Assembly: GCA_964402035.1 (NCBI GenBank)
Contig: CAYOAM010000003.1
Coordinates: 7,921-71,920 of the forward strand
Direction: 5' to 3'
DNA length: 64,000 nucleotides
From: an uncultured Candidatus Saccharibacteria bacterium
GTDB lineage: Bacteria; Patescibacteriota; Minisyncoccia; Phycocordibacterales; UBA918
In this document: positions 9,784 to 19,131 of the stretch, piece by piece
Position numbering within the stretch: the stretch's first letter is position 1
How the letters are laid out: the number at the start of each line of letters is the position of its first letter
The notes under the pieces: model-generated
Told to the model about the DNA's origin: nothing
Seen by the model: the letters and a program-made list of their open reading frames with translations, nothing else
The model's database searches: none
Program-made: the position numbers and the translations under genes

Positions 9784-10791
9784 TTATTTTCCGGTTTCAT
9801 ACAATGTCTTTGCTCTATCCCACATATGCGCCTCTCCCTTAAGTTTGAGCCAGTACCACCACTCGGCTCCCCACAAAAACTGTGTGTCATAGCGCGTCTT
9901 CTCTGCATACATTAGTATTTCCTCAAATTTTTCTACATCCATGCGTTCATATTGAATATCGAGCGGTACATCAGTGATTGGTTCGAGTAACCACGGCTCA
10001 GCAGAAAGTTCTATGAGAAATGTTTTCTTGTCGCCATAGAAAAGTTTGAGCACGTTTTCTTTGATTCGATAAAATGCCGGCGGTAGTACTGTTTTAAACT
10101 GTCCAAGATCTGGATTCCAAAAATACACATACACACTAGTACCAAACGCATCCCCGGCAGTATACGCTCCCTTCCATGTACCAAGATTTCCACTATCGGT
10201 GACCAGGATAGGTCGTGTGCCATCGAGCGATCGCACGATCGCAATCTCTTCTTTGAGAAACTCTTCATCCAAATCACCACAGTGCTCTTTGGCGAACACA
10301 CCCAAAAATGGTTCATTTTCTACCTGCCAATAGGTAATATTTGGGGAATCTTTATAACGCTCAACAACCGCTTTAATGTACGCACGTAACTCATCTTTTT
10401 GCTCATCCCAGGAGAGATCTTTCGCCCACGATGGCACATGGCATTCAGGCCAGCGTGGCAGACGTCTTCCAACAGCAAACACCACATCAGCGCCGCGCTT
10501 CCCGGCCTCACTCACTTGATAGTCAAGCGCCGTAAAGTCATATCGATCTCGCTCAGGCTCCACCATCGTCCAATGTGCCGCGAGTCGCAAATGGCGCACC
10601 TTGAGCTCGTCCAATATTGCAATATAAGTTTCTTTCCAAGGTAATCCCAACTCCTGTGCGTACATCGTGTTGAAAGAAACGCCATACGTAATACGTTCTG
10701 GTACCGCTTTGCGAGACAAGAAAAAAATCACGGTCTCTAGAATGAGACACAGAATCAAAATCCAAAAAAGTATTTTTTTAAACATGCTCAC
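9784..10791 (-). CDS. Membrane-anchored clan GH-A glycoside hydrolase (GH42/GH5-like)
   Basis: W..VEPERDRYDF..LD, WQVENEP acid/base motif, IELSAEPW; N-terminal TM. Confidence 0.75.
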   Translation of the reverse strand: MSMFKKILFWILILCLILETVIFFLSRKAVPERITYGVSFNTMYAQELGLPWKETYIAILDELKVRHLRLAAHWTMVEPERDRYDFTALDYQVSEAGKRGADVVFAVGRRLPRWPECHVPSWAKDLSWDEQKDELRAYIKAVVERYKDSPNITYWQVENEPFLGVFAKEHCGDLDEEFLKEEIAIVRSLDGTRPILVTDSGNLGTWKGAYTAGDAFGTSVYVYFWNPDLGQFKTVLPPAFYRIKENVLKLFYGDKKTFLIELSAEPWLLEPITDVPLDIQYERMDVEKFEEILMYAEKTRYDTQFLWGAEWWYWLKLKGEAHMWDRAKTLYETGK

Positions 10792-11732
10792 ACAAAGAGA
10801 ACAAAAAATCCAATAGTAATGATTGCAGTCGAAATCGCTTTGTGATAGATATCTTCATTGCAGGTATGATTTTCTCCGCATTCAGGCGATGTAATGCGTC
10901 CCGTAAGCATTATGCTAAAGATCAAGATAAACACAAACTGCAAGCCAGCAAGCGCTTGCACAATAGCGACATTCCCAAGCGACGTTGCTTTGAGTATCAA
11001 TATGGACCCAATACCTGCAAGTAGTTTATTGCCGATCACCAACAGTCCTCCTCGAGCACTCGTTGCCTTTGTCTGTCCGCGTATTTTTTCAAAGTAACCG
11101 GGTATGAGTAGCATGGAGAGCGCTACGACAAAAAAAGCAGCTCGTGACCAAAAGAAACCGTTATCAAATGATGACGCATTAAAGAGCCCTTTGATAGCAA
11201 TATAGTGAATCGCAAAAAATATGCCCGCATGAACAGAGGAGAGGGCAATCGCAAGACGAAATCGTAGATGCGACACTACAAATGTACCCACCGATAAGAG
11301 CAATAAGCCCCACACAAAATTTGGTGTCAGCCGTGTACCAAGGAAAAGATAACTCAGTATAAACGAGACGATGGCGGAAATTGCACCGACAACCGGTATC
11401 ACGTCCGATGCATCTGCTTCGCGGAGTGCGGTATAGAGCGAGACGAGTGCCACAAAAAAAGTGTACCCGGAGAGCAGTGCGAGCGCTGCCATATTGAGCG
11501 AGGGCATTTCAACCTTCGCAAACGTTGGTGCACCCAGTGCTTGTAAAAAAGGGATTGGTAACAGTCCCACAAGAAAAACCAAGACCCACATGCCAGCGAG
11601 AATGCAGGTATAAAATGCATACACCAAGGGCCGCGGCATAGCCTTGGAGCTCGTCACAATATATTTATCTCCCATGGCGACCAACGCCAAAAAAAATTCA
11701 GCAATTGCCGCGAGTACTATCCACGAAAACAT
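10788..11732 (-). CDS. DMT/EamA-superfamily transporter
   Basis: About 10 TMs in two repeats (ALREADASDVIP; ATSLGNVAIVQAL). Confidence 0.75.
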   Translation of the reverse strand: MFSWIVLAAIAEFFLALVAMGDKYIVTSSKAMPRPLVYAFYTCILAGMWVLVFLVGLLPIPFLQALGAPTFAKVEMPSLNMAALALLSGYTFFVALVSLYTALREADASDVIPVVGAISAIVSFILSYLFLGTRLTPNFVWGLLLLSVGTFVVSHLRFRLAIALSSVHAGIFFAIHYIAIKGLFNASSFDNGFFWSRAAFFVVALSMLLIPGYFEKIRGQTKATSARGGLLVIGNKLLAGIGSILILKATSLGNVAIVQALAGLQFVFILIFSIMLTGRITSPECGENHTCNEDIYHKAISTAIITIGFFVLFV

Positions 11733-11739
11733 AACGACC

Positions 11740-12969
11740 TTATTCTATCGTGATTGCGTTTGCTTCGATGATTTCTTTATACACATAGGCTGAGGGCCGT
11801 ACGGTGCGTTCGAGTGTTTCGTAGTTGATGCCTATGAGCCCAAACCGCTTTTCAAAACCCAGTGCCCATTCGTAGTTATCAAGCAATGACCAGTAGAAAT
11901 GTCCACGCACATCGGCCCCACCGTCCATAGCACACGCGATCGCTACAACTTGTTTTTTGATGTAGTCCGCACGTCGCGTATCTTGAGCATCCGCAATTCC
12001 AGCTTCAGAAACAAAGAGTGGCTTTTTGTACCGCGCGAGCATCAGGAGCGCATCACACACACCTTCCGGATAGATGTTCCAATCCATATCCGATTTTACA
12101 TACGTTGCGGTATCACCAAATTTCTTATGGATGTAGTAGTTGAGTCCAATTGAGTCACATTTTTGGTGTACTCGCTTCATAAAACGATGTGTCCACCACC
12201 AATTCATGAATCGTGCTTTTAGTCGATTAAGCGGATTCTTGTTCGCTTGGAAAAGCACAATATGCTTTACGATACTCACCTCAGCCTGTGGCGCAATACG
12301 TTTTATGGCATCGTATGCAGCATTGTGTGATCGCCAGAGATTTTTAACAACACGAAAGTACAAAAAGAGCGGACTGATGCCTTTTTGATAGTGCGCTTCG
12401 TGTTGACGACCTGAATTGGTGATCTGTAGCATGTCGGTCAATGCAAAACGTTTAAACGGAGGCCAGCTTCCACGGAGCCAACCATCGGTTGCAAAAACTA
12501 TCGGCTCATTGATTGTCGAAAAATCGTTGCAGAGATCCTTGAGTCTTAAGACGACAAACTCACAATATCGTGCAAAAATTTCAGGTGCATCTTTTCGTTC
12601 AAAGCCCCCTTTCTCTGAAAACCACAAAGGCAATGTAAAGTGCCAGAGGGTTATAAACGGCGTCATGCCCCGTGCATGGAGCGTACGCAATACTGCTCGA
12701 TAGTGCTCTATAGCCACCTCGTCAAATTTCCCTTCTACAGGTTCTATACGCGCCCACTCAACAGAAAACCGATGCGCGTTGTGCCCTAACGATTTTGCAA
12801 TATCAAAATCTGCGGCGTAGCGCTCATAGTGTCCACACGCGCGACCGCACACTGGCACGCGTCCTTCGCGTGCAGCTTTCGCCCAATCGGTATTTTCAAT
12901 ACCTCCCTCGACTTGGTAGGAAGCGGATGCTGCACCCCAGTAAAACCCATCAGGAAATTTCTTTTGCAT
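11740..12969 (-). CDS. Glycoside hydrolase family 1 (beta-glucosidase-like)
   Basis: FPDGFYWGAASASYQVEG, RFSVEWARIEP, TINEP, VSEAG, WSLLDNYEW. Confidence 0.95.
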   Translation of the reverse strand: MQKKFPDGFYWGAASASYQVEGGIENTDWAKAAREGRVPVCGRACGHYERYAADFDIAKSLGHNAHRFSVEWARIEPVEGKFDEVAIEHYRAVLRTLHARGMTPFITLWHFTLPLWFSEKGGFERKDAPEIFARYCEFVVLRLKDLCNDFSTINEPIVFATDGWLRGSWPPFKRFALTDMLQITNSGRQHEAHYQKGISPLFLYFRVVKNLWRSHNAAYDAIKRIAPQAEVSIVKHIVLFQANKNPLNRLKARFMNWWWTHRFMKRVHQKCDSIGLNYYIHKKFGDTATYVKSDMDWNIYPEGVCDALLMLARYKKPLFVSEAGIADAQDTRRADYIKKQVVAIACAMDGGADVRGHFYWSLLDNYEWALGFEKRFGLIGINYETLERTVRPSAYVYKEIIEANAITIE

Positions 12970-13027
12970 GTGTAGAGTATACCGTGATCGCAGACTACGT
13001 ACAGATCTTCAAAGGGACAAAAATCCG

Positions 13028-13110
13028 TCCAAGGCCGGACCTTGGTATGGATATTAAGAGATATCGTCATGTATATAAAATAGAGTGAACATCCAAGGTC
13101 CGGCCTTGGA
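13028..13110. repeat. Inverted pair of REP-like palindromes (core CCAAGGTCCGGCCTTGGA)
   Basis: Copy at 13028-13045 is the reverse complement of the core in copy 13092-13110; third copy at 13783-13807. Confidence 0.85.
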
Positions 13111-13165
13111 CAAGATTGTTATATTTTTACTACCAAGGGCAGCCCTTAGTAGAAGAGGCCTGTAT

Positions 13166-13204
13166 AAAAACAACAAATGCCCCAGTATCAAATGATAGCG
13201 GGGA
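13166..13204 (-). terminator. Putative intrinsic terminator of the minus-strand non-coding unit
   Basis: Minus strand CCCCGCTATCA-TT-TGATACTGGGG followed by CATTTGTTGTTTTT. Confidence 0.6.
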
Positions 13205-13641
13205 CAGGCTCCGAAAAAATTAATTCAAATAAAGAACTAGGTGAAGTGGGTCTGCAGTGTCCCGGGGGACACTGCAGACCTCACCCATTCTCCGCGAGTC
13301 AACATCTGACTAGACTCGTCGCGGAGTACTCATCCGGGCAGGTTGGGTTGAGATACCCGGATGTCTTCTCTGACCACGGCGAGATATGCTATCCCGCCAC
13401 TAGGTCAGCGATCGCCGCGCCCGTTGTTCAGGCCGCGGTCGAGGTCGAGCCGCCAGAGTTGGCGCCGCCACCGAGGTTGAGGTTGCCGATCAAAAACAAA
13501 AGCTCCATTTCACGGCCGGTGGTACTTCGAAACACTTTCGCCATGGAATTCCCCATGAGTTTGGAATGCTGTGCGTGCAGCTATTCCACCGAAAAGACCC
13601 CGTCAGTCACCGTCGCTTCTGCGGCGGTAACCCTGGATCTG
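13166..13641 (-). ncRNA. Candidate large structured ncRNA of unrecognised class
   Basis: GC-rich, at least 6 consecutive stems (14-bp perfect stem 13249-13280; 13290-13326; 13331-13363; 13562-13588); upstream promoter and downstream terminator; no convincing protein. Confidence 0.6.
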
Positions 13642-13647
13642 TGAAGT

Positions 13648-13675
13648 ATCATAGCACACTCCATTTTTTTGTCAA
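13648..13675 (-). promoter_or_regulatory. sigma70-type promoter TTGACA-N16-TATGAT with extended -10 TG
   Basis: TTGACA at 13675-13670; TGc-TATGAT at 13653-13648. Confidence 0.75.
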
Positions 13676-13782
13676 GTATTTTGCAAGAACTTTTAGTAGT
13701 TGCAACATAAAACCTATATTTTGAGCCATATTATATAAAAACCTAAGAGGCTTACTATGCTATGACCATGGCTGCCCTATAG

Positions 13783-13807
13783 TAATCCAAGGTCCGGCCT
13801 TGGATTA
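13783..13807. repeat. REP-like palindrome, third copy
   Basis: TAATCCAAGGTCCGGCCTTGGATTA, same core as 13092-13110. Confidence 0.85.
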
Positions 13808-13837
13808 GATGTCTACATAAAAATTATTTTCTTCTTC

Positions 13838-14566
13838 TTAATATTCTCTGCGTACAGATCGTGGAGCAAGGTGCTTTACCCACTTTTCATAAAGTTCGGT
13901 CGTTGCGACCACATCGCGAACATTGTAGCGCGCGATATCAAGATACTTTTTTTCTGCAAACAGTTGCGCAACATCATCCCCTGTCACACCTTCCGCCTTG
14001 GGACTCTCTATACCAAACGCTCGGCAATACATGTGCAGTGATGATTTTCGAAACATGGCACCATAGAACGAAAGTTGATCTTGGAGATCTACATGCTTCG
14101 CATTCTTTTGCTGATAGAGATACCGCCCTTCCATCAAATCGCGCGATGGAGTGATGTCATGCGCAACCGACCGATGAACCAAAAACGGCACATCAAACCC
14201 ACGACCATTAAACGTCACGAACGTATCAAATTTCTTGGCTATGTCCCAGAATTCCTGCAGCATTTCTTTTTCACCACGAGGTTTCAGTATGTATCCATGC
14301 TCTTCACCCTCTTCTTTGGTCTCACCCTTATTGTCATAGAGAACCGCACCGCGCTTGCGCTCAAGGTCATAGATGCCGATGGCTACCACGTAACCCGTGA
14401 GTGGCGAAAATCCAAGTCCGTTTTTCAGATCATCAATCTCTGCCTCACGTTCCTCTTCTGTCTTTGAAGTTTTATCTATCCACCGCGTAAGTACTTCACG
14501 CGAAGTTTCATCGATATCTTCCCATTTCTCCCCCACGGTTTCTATATCAAAAATAAGTGTGGACAT
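13838..14566 (-). CDS. Stand-alone DEDD 3'-5' exonuclease (PolB-exo/RNase H-like)
   Basis: FDIET, TFNGRGFDVPFL, HVDL, ARYNVRDV. Confidence 0.85.
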   Translation of the reverse strand: MSTLIFDIETVGEKWEDIDETSREVLTRWIDKTSKTEEEREAEIDDLKNGLGFSPLTGYVVAIGIYDLERKRGAVLYDNKGETKEEGEEHGYILKPRGEKEMLQEFWDIAKKFDTFVTFNGRGFDVPFLVHRSVAHDITPSRDLMEGRYLYQQKNAKHVDLQDQLSFYGAMFRKSSLHMYCRAFGIESPKAEGVTGDDVAQLFAEKKYLDIARYNVRDVVATTELYEKWVKHLAPRSVRREY

Positions 14567-14614
14567 GTGTCTATTCTATCATCTCGAAAAGATCATCATA
14601 ATACAGCGCGGTAA

Positions 14615-14778
14615 GGTGACCTTGGTATGGCAAAATGCCCTCGCACAGGAAAACGATTTGTTTTGTATAATGCTTTTCACAAAACAAATCGTTTTTCGAG
14701 CGGAGTGGCCAAGCACTTCCTTTTCTCATAGAAAAGGAAGTGCTTGGAACACGTGGCTTTTGCCATACCAAGATCACC
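14615..14778. repeat. 164-bp foldback element with terminal inverted repeats and two internal hairpins (MITE/REPIN-like)
   Basis: 21-bp IR with 1 mismatch (14615-14635/14758-14778); perfect 17-bp stem 14650-14695; perfect 18-bp stem 14709-14747. Confidence 0.8.
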
Positions 14779-14800
14779 GAAACTTCATAGGCAGTTCTTT

Positions 14801-15967
14801 TTATAGGGAACCGCCCCGGATATCGACTAGGGTTTGCGAATAGGCGGACAAGCAGTGCTGGGTAAAATCAATACGCTGTGTGAGATCTGCTATATCTGAT
14901 CCCGTAAGAAAACCACCGATCGCCTTTTTTGGTTCAGCGAGCTTTAAGAATCGCCCACCTTTTGTATCAATCACGTATCGATAGAGGTTATTGCTCCCAA
15001 TCTGGAGCCACGACACTTGGGCGATCATGCTATCAATCGTCCCAAGCACAAGTGGTTTTAAAACTTGAGTTTCGTGATTTTCCAAAACACTATACGCACT
15101 TGCGAGTCCCTCTATATAGGGGCAGCGATTGCGCGTCGAGGCTGCATACCGCTTGTTATCAAGGAGTCGCCATGCTGTGTAACGGTCAACATACGAAACG
15201 TAGGCTGGCTGCGGTCGTGTCCTTTCCAAATCTTTGATCGCAGCCATGACCCAAAGATACAGTGGTGCATCAAAAAGCGTGTCGTTATTTAAATACGAGA
15301 ATGTTGTATCAACCATAGTTTTCACTTCAGTGCTCGGTGCATATTGGTCATACCGCACCAATGCTAAAAATGCTTCACCATTTGAAAACGAAGACTCGTC
15401 ATCCTTTTGTTTTTTGCGAGAAGGATAATAGTAGTACCTAAAACCGACATCATCCTTTTTCATTGTCATAATGTACGCCATATAGTCTAAGAGAAGTGGC
15501 TCGTACTTTTTTTTGAGATCGGGATATTCGGTCAAGGTGTTTATGACGCCAATAGCAGCAAGCGCCGTCGCACCTAACTTGCACGAAAAATCCTTCCCCT
15601 CTTTGATACAGCGAAACTCTTGACCAGCATACGAACCTGGGGCAGAAAGTGTTTCGAAGTATCCGATAGACCGCACCAGTTCTTTTTTAAAGTTATACGT
15701 ATTTCCACGATCAAGACGTTCAATTTCTGAAAGTTCAAACAGTGCTCCTGTCTGACGTACGATATTGTCATCATCGCGGTACACGCCTTCGTACGGCAGA
15801 TATTCATAGCGAAAATGCCCATTTTTCTCTTGTGAAGCGGCAAGCCAGAGTGCGCCACCTTTAACACTCTCTCTAAGTGCAGTATCAGAAAGCTTGGCCT
15901 CTGCATGCACCCCAAGCGGTGAAAAAATAAATATTGCTACCAGCAATAATGTGAGGGATTTGTACAT
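14801..15967 (-). CDS. Secreted hypothetical protein, probable alpha/alpha-toroid fold
   Basis: Signal peptide; helical repeats GATALA.., GEAFLAL.., EGLASAY..; C-terminal RIDFTQH. Confidence 0.6.
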   Translation of the reverse strand: MYKSLTLLLVAIFIFSPLGVHAEAKLSDTALRESVKGGALWLAASQEKNGHFRYEYLPYEGVYRDDDNIVRQTGALFELSEIERLDRGNTYNFKKELVRSIGYFETLSAPGSYAGQEFRCIKEGKDFSCKLGATALAAIGVINTLTEYPDLKKKYEPLLLDYMAYIMTMKKDDVGFRYYYYPSRKKQKDDESSFSNGEAFLALVRYDQYAPSTEVKTMVDTTFSYLNNDTLFDAPLYLWVMAAIKDLERTRPQPAYVSYVDRYTAWRLLDNKRYAASTRNRCPYIEGLASAYSVLENHETQVLKPLVLGTIDSMIAQVSWLQIGSNNLYRYVIDTKGGRFLKLAEPKKAIGGFLTGSDIADLTQRIDFTQHCLSAYSQTLVDIRGGSL

Positions 15968-15984
15968 CAAGAGAGTATAGCAAA

Positions 15985-16737
15985 CTATACCTTGAGCGCA
16001 TCACCATGCCCCCTACTCCACGCATGAAAAGCTACTGCCGCCGATACCGATACGTTGAGTGATTCACAGCGTGGATGCATCGGAATAGAGAGAAGCACAT
16101 CGCACACCTCACGAGTTTTTTCTCGAAGTCCATCGCCTTCATTGCCCACGATAAATACCGTAGGGCGATCAAATACCTCGGTATCAATCGAACCCGTGGC
16201 TTCTCCCGCAAGACCATATATCCAAAAATCTTTTTCCTTGAGCTTGCGTGCAGTCGTGTTCACATTGCCCACCGACACCAATGGTATCTTGAATGCCATA
16301 CCTGCAGATACTTTGATCACCGCAGCAGTTACCTGTGCTTGATTGTGTTCAGGAATAAGTACTCCTGCGAGACCAAATCCGGCTGCCGACCGAATAATTG
16401 CACCCACATTGTGCGGATCTTGAATCTCACCAAGTAGGACGAGGCACGTATTTTCATTCACTTCGAGAGTCGATATAAATTGGTCATACGAAAGCACCAG
16501 TTTTGAGATGTCGAGCACACCAACCACACCCTGATGTACATTGTCTTCATCTATTTCGCCACGCAACTTTGAGGGCACGAGTTCTGAAACACGTATCTTT
16601 GCACCACTTAAAATATCGCGAAGTTCTGTGTCCTTTCTTGAAGATGCTAGAAAAACCTCTTTGAGCATCTTTTGTGGTGCAGCAAGTGCCTCGAGGACTG
16701 CATGCTTTCCATATATATAAATAAATGGGTTATCCAT
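15985..16737 (-). CDS. rlmB: 23S rRNA Gm2251 2'-O-methyltransferase (SpoU/TrmH family)
   Basis: YIYGKHAVLEAL, HQGV, IQDPHNVGAIIRSA, GNEGDG, ESLNVSVSA; start reassigned to 16737. Confidence 0.9.
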   Translation of the reverse strand: MDNPFIYIYGKHAVLEALAAPQKMLKEVFLASSRKDTELRDILSGAKIRVSELVPSKLRGEIDEDNVHQGVVGVLDISKLVLSYDQFISTLEVNENTCLVLLGEIQDPHNVGAIIRSAAGFGLAGVLIPEHNQAQVTAAVIKVSAGMAFKIPLVSVGNVNTTARKLKEKDFWIYGLAGEATGSIDTEVFDRPTVFIVGNEGDGLREKTREVCDVLLSIPMHPRCESLNVSVSAAVAFHAWSRGHGDALKV

Positions 16738-16792
16738 AGTTGCGAGCATACCACGATCACGATATTTGTCACATATCAAAGCGTGTGCTCTA

Positions 16793-17509
16793 ATGAGCAA
16801 TCACATGAAGCAGAAGCGCAACAAATCAGGTGTCCTCTTCTGGGAGACAGAATATAAAACAGGTAACCACCTAGCACTTTCGACGAACCCGAGCGAAGAT
16901 TTTCTCAAGTTTTTGCGATGGCTCGAGCGCGAGAGCGGACGCAAGGACCTCAACCCCACAATGTCTGCAATTGACCTCGGGTGTGGAAATGGCCGCAACC
17001 TTATGTACCTTGGTCAAACCTACAGCATGCGCGGTATTGGTATCGATATTTCAACCCAAGCGATAGCACAAGCAACAAAAGCAAGCTCTGGTATGCAACT
17101 TAAGTTCCAAGTGGGATCAATCGCTGACGCACTCCCCGTAGCAGATGAATCGCAGATACTTGCTATCGATGCAATGTCGTCACACGTCCTATCTCACGCC
17201 GAGCGCAAGCATCTCTTTGGCGAAGTAGCGCGCGTACTGCGCCCAGGCGGATGGTACTTTTTTAAAACTTTCCTCCTTGACGAAGACACCCATGCCAAGC
17301 GACTATTACGAGACAATCCTGGCTCTGAGGAAGGATCATACATTCACCCGGTTATTGGTGTTGCCGAATACGTATTTGGTGAAGATGAAATTATTTCACT
17401 TGTTGAAGAGTATTTCAGTGTCCACAAAACGCTAAAGTCCCACGGCCACCTCCGCAAAGGTACTGCAGCCAAACGCCGTAGCATCTCGATCTACGCTCAG
17501 AAGCACTGA
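16793..17509 (+). CDS. Class I SAM-dependent methyltransferase
   Basis: IDLGCGNGRN, GIDIS, ARVLRPGG. Confidence 0.88.
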   Translation: MSNHMKQKRNKSGVLFWETEYKTGNHLALSTNPSEDFLKFLRWLERESGRKDLNPTMSAIDLGCGNGRNLMYLGQTYSMRGIGIDISTQAIAQATKASSGMQLKFQVGSIADALPVADESQILAIDAMSSHVLSHAERKHLFGEVARVLRPGGWYFFKTFLLDEDTHAKRLLRDNPGSEEGSYIHPVIGVAEYVFGEDEIISLVEEYFSVHKTLKSHGHLRKGTAAKRRSISIYAQKH

Positions 17510-17589
17510 AGGCAAAAATTTGACAAACTGTAAATAATATGCTTAATTTAAGCACACATTTTTAGTGCGTTATATTACTTAAAGCCTCT

Positions 17590-19125
17590 ATGGAAACACT
17601 TATGACCTGGTATCGCCGCTTGGAATCGTGGTACGGACGACGCGTCATCATAGGCGTTGTCTTGGCTACCCTACTGCTCGTAACTCTCGGCTTCTATCTT
17701 GGAACACGTGCAAGTGTCGCTGTAGATACACCGGAAACAAAAGCAAAGGAAGTTCGCGTTGCTAGGGCAGGATCGCTACTTAATAATGCGGCAGTCCTTC
17801 GTACTGTGGGAACCGTGCGCGCTGTTTCTGAAGCACGACTCGAAACTGAAAGTGCGGGTCGAGTGACTGCCGTAAACGTTAAAATTAACGATTTTGTACA
17901 GGCAGGTACTATCCTGGCGTCCATCGAAAACGCGAGCGAACGCGCCTCCCTGCTCCAAGCGCAAGGTGCCTATGAATCAATGCTTGCATCAAATGCGCAA
18001 TCAACAATCGGCCTTACTGAAGCAACGGCTGGAGCAGAGAACACTTACCGCACCGCATTTACGACCGCCGATGATGTCGTTCGCAATCTTACCGACGAAC
18101 TTTTTTCAAATGCAAACGAAAGTAATACTGGTCTTAAGATTGATGGCAACGGAGCCGCCCCCCGCCTCAATGCTGAGCGGGCTCTGATCGGGTCCATCCT
18201 ATCTGCGTGGAATACAAAGGTGCAAGACATCCATGCAAATGATCGCGCGGATCTCCTTTCAGAAGCAGGGCGTGATCTCACTCGCATCAGTACATTTGTC
18301 TCTGATCTTGCGTTCTTGGTCGCAGACGAAAAACCAAATGCCGCCTTTTCTGAAGACACACTCGCAAGCTACAAGGCACGACTGGGTGCCGCACGAACAC
18401 GACTCGACGGAACGCTTCAATCAATCACCAGCGCGCAGAACGCACTCAAGAGTGCTCGTCAGTCAGTTGAAGGAGGTGCTGTCGGTTCAGAATCAGAAGC
18501 CCGATTAAAGCAATCACTTGGTGCTCTTCGTGCCGCACAAGCATCATATGAAAAAACAATAGTACGTTCTCCTATCAGCGGAACCGTTAACGCGATCTAT
18601 CTCACTGCAAATACATTTGTGGGAAATGGTGCACCTGCCGCAGTTGTTGCGAACAATAATGCACTTGAAATCACCACCTCAGTTGGTGAAAATGAGCGAG
18701 CGTTTGTTGCTATCGGAAGTACGGTCCGTATCAACGACACATGGGATGGTACGATCACCCGGATTGCACCCGCTATCGATCCACAAACTGGCAAAATTGA
18801 AATAAAGGTTAGTGTAAACGCAAAAAGTGACGAGGCAAAACTTGCAAATGGCACCACGGTATCACTTGCCCTTGCAGCCGAGAGCAGTGCAGACACTGCA
18901 AACGACCTTCGTATTCCGATCAAAGCTTTGAAAATAACACCGCAAGGCACGGTGGTGTTTAGCGTGTCCGACACACAAACACTTATAGCAATACCCATAC
19001 TCATCGACACCATCATTGGCGACAGTGTGCGTATCAAAAGTGGTATCACGAGCGAATCAGTTATCGTCGATGATGCCCGTGGACTCAAAGAGAACGACAC
19101 GGTTACGATCGTTACTGGATCATAA
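17590..19125 (+). CDS. RND efflux periplasmic adaptor (MFP/HlyD family)
   Basis: N-terminal TM; lipoyl halves GRVTAVNVKINDFVQAG and VRSPISGTV; long helical hairpin. Confidence 0.88.
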   Translation: METLMTWYRRLESWYGRRVIIGVVLATLLLVTLGFYLGTRASVAVDTPETKAKEVRVARAGSLLNNAAVLRTVGTVRAVSEARLETESAGRVTAVNVKINDFVQAGTILASIENASERASLLQAQGAYESMLASNAQSTIGLTEATAGAENTYRTAFTTADDVVRNLTDELFSNANESNTGLKIDGNGAAPRLNAERALIGSILSAWNTKVQDIHANDRADLLSEAGRDLTRISTFVSDLAFLVADEKPNAAFSEDTLASYKARLGAARTRLDGTLQSITSAQNALKSARQSVEGGAVGSESEARLKQSLGALRAAQASYEKTIVRSPISGTVNAIYLTANTFVGNGAPAAVVANNNALEITTSVGENERAFVAIGSTVRINDTWDGTITRIAPAIDPQTGKIEIKVSVNAKSDEAKLANGTTVSLALAAESSADTANDLRIPIKALKITPQGTVVFSVSDTQTLIAIPILIDTIIGDSVRIKSGITSESVIVDDARGLKENDTVTIVTGS

Positions 19126-19131
19126 ATATCT

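Noticed and set aside
13028-13152. Repeated palindromes as a CRISPR array
   Set aside because: Mixed orientation, irregular spacing, only three exact copies, no cas genes
13410-13495. AAC-containing GC-rich stretch resembling a DGR template repeat
   Set aside because: No matching variable repeat differing at adenines and no reverse transcriptase in the window
13200-13641. tmRNA, RNase P, SRP or intron identity for the structured region (one frame ends in ..STAA*)
   Set aside because: No tRNA-like acceptor/T-arm, no GAGGAAAGUCC, no SRP loop, no intron catalytic motifs recognised
13177-13644. 155-aa plus-strand ORF in the ORF track
   Set aside because: Antisense to the promoter/terminator pair, runs through perfect hairpins, and has no recognisable protein features
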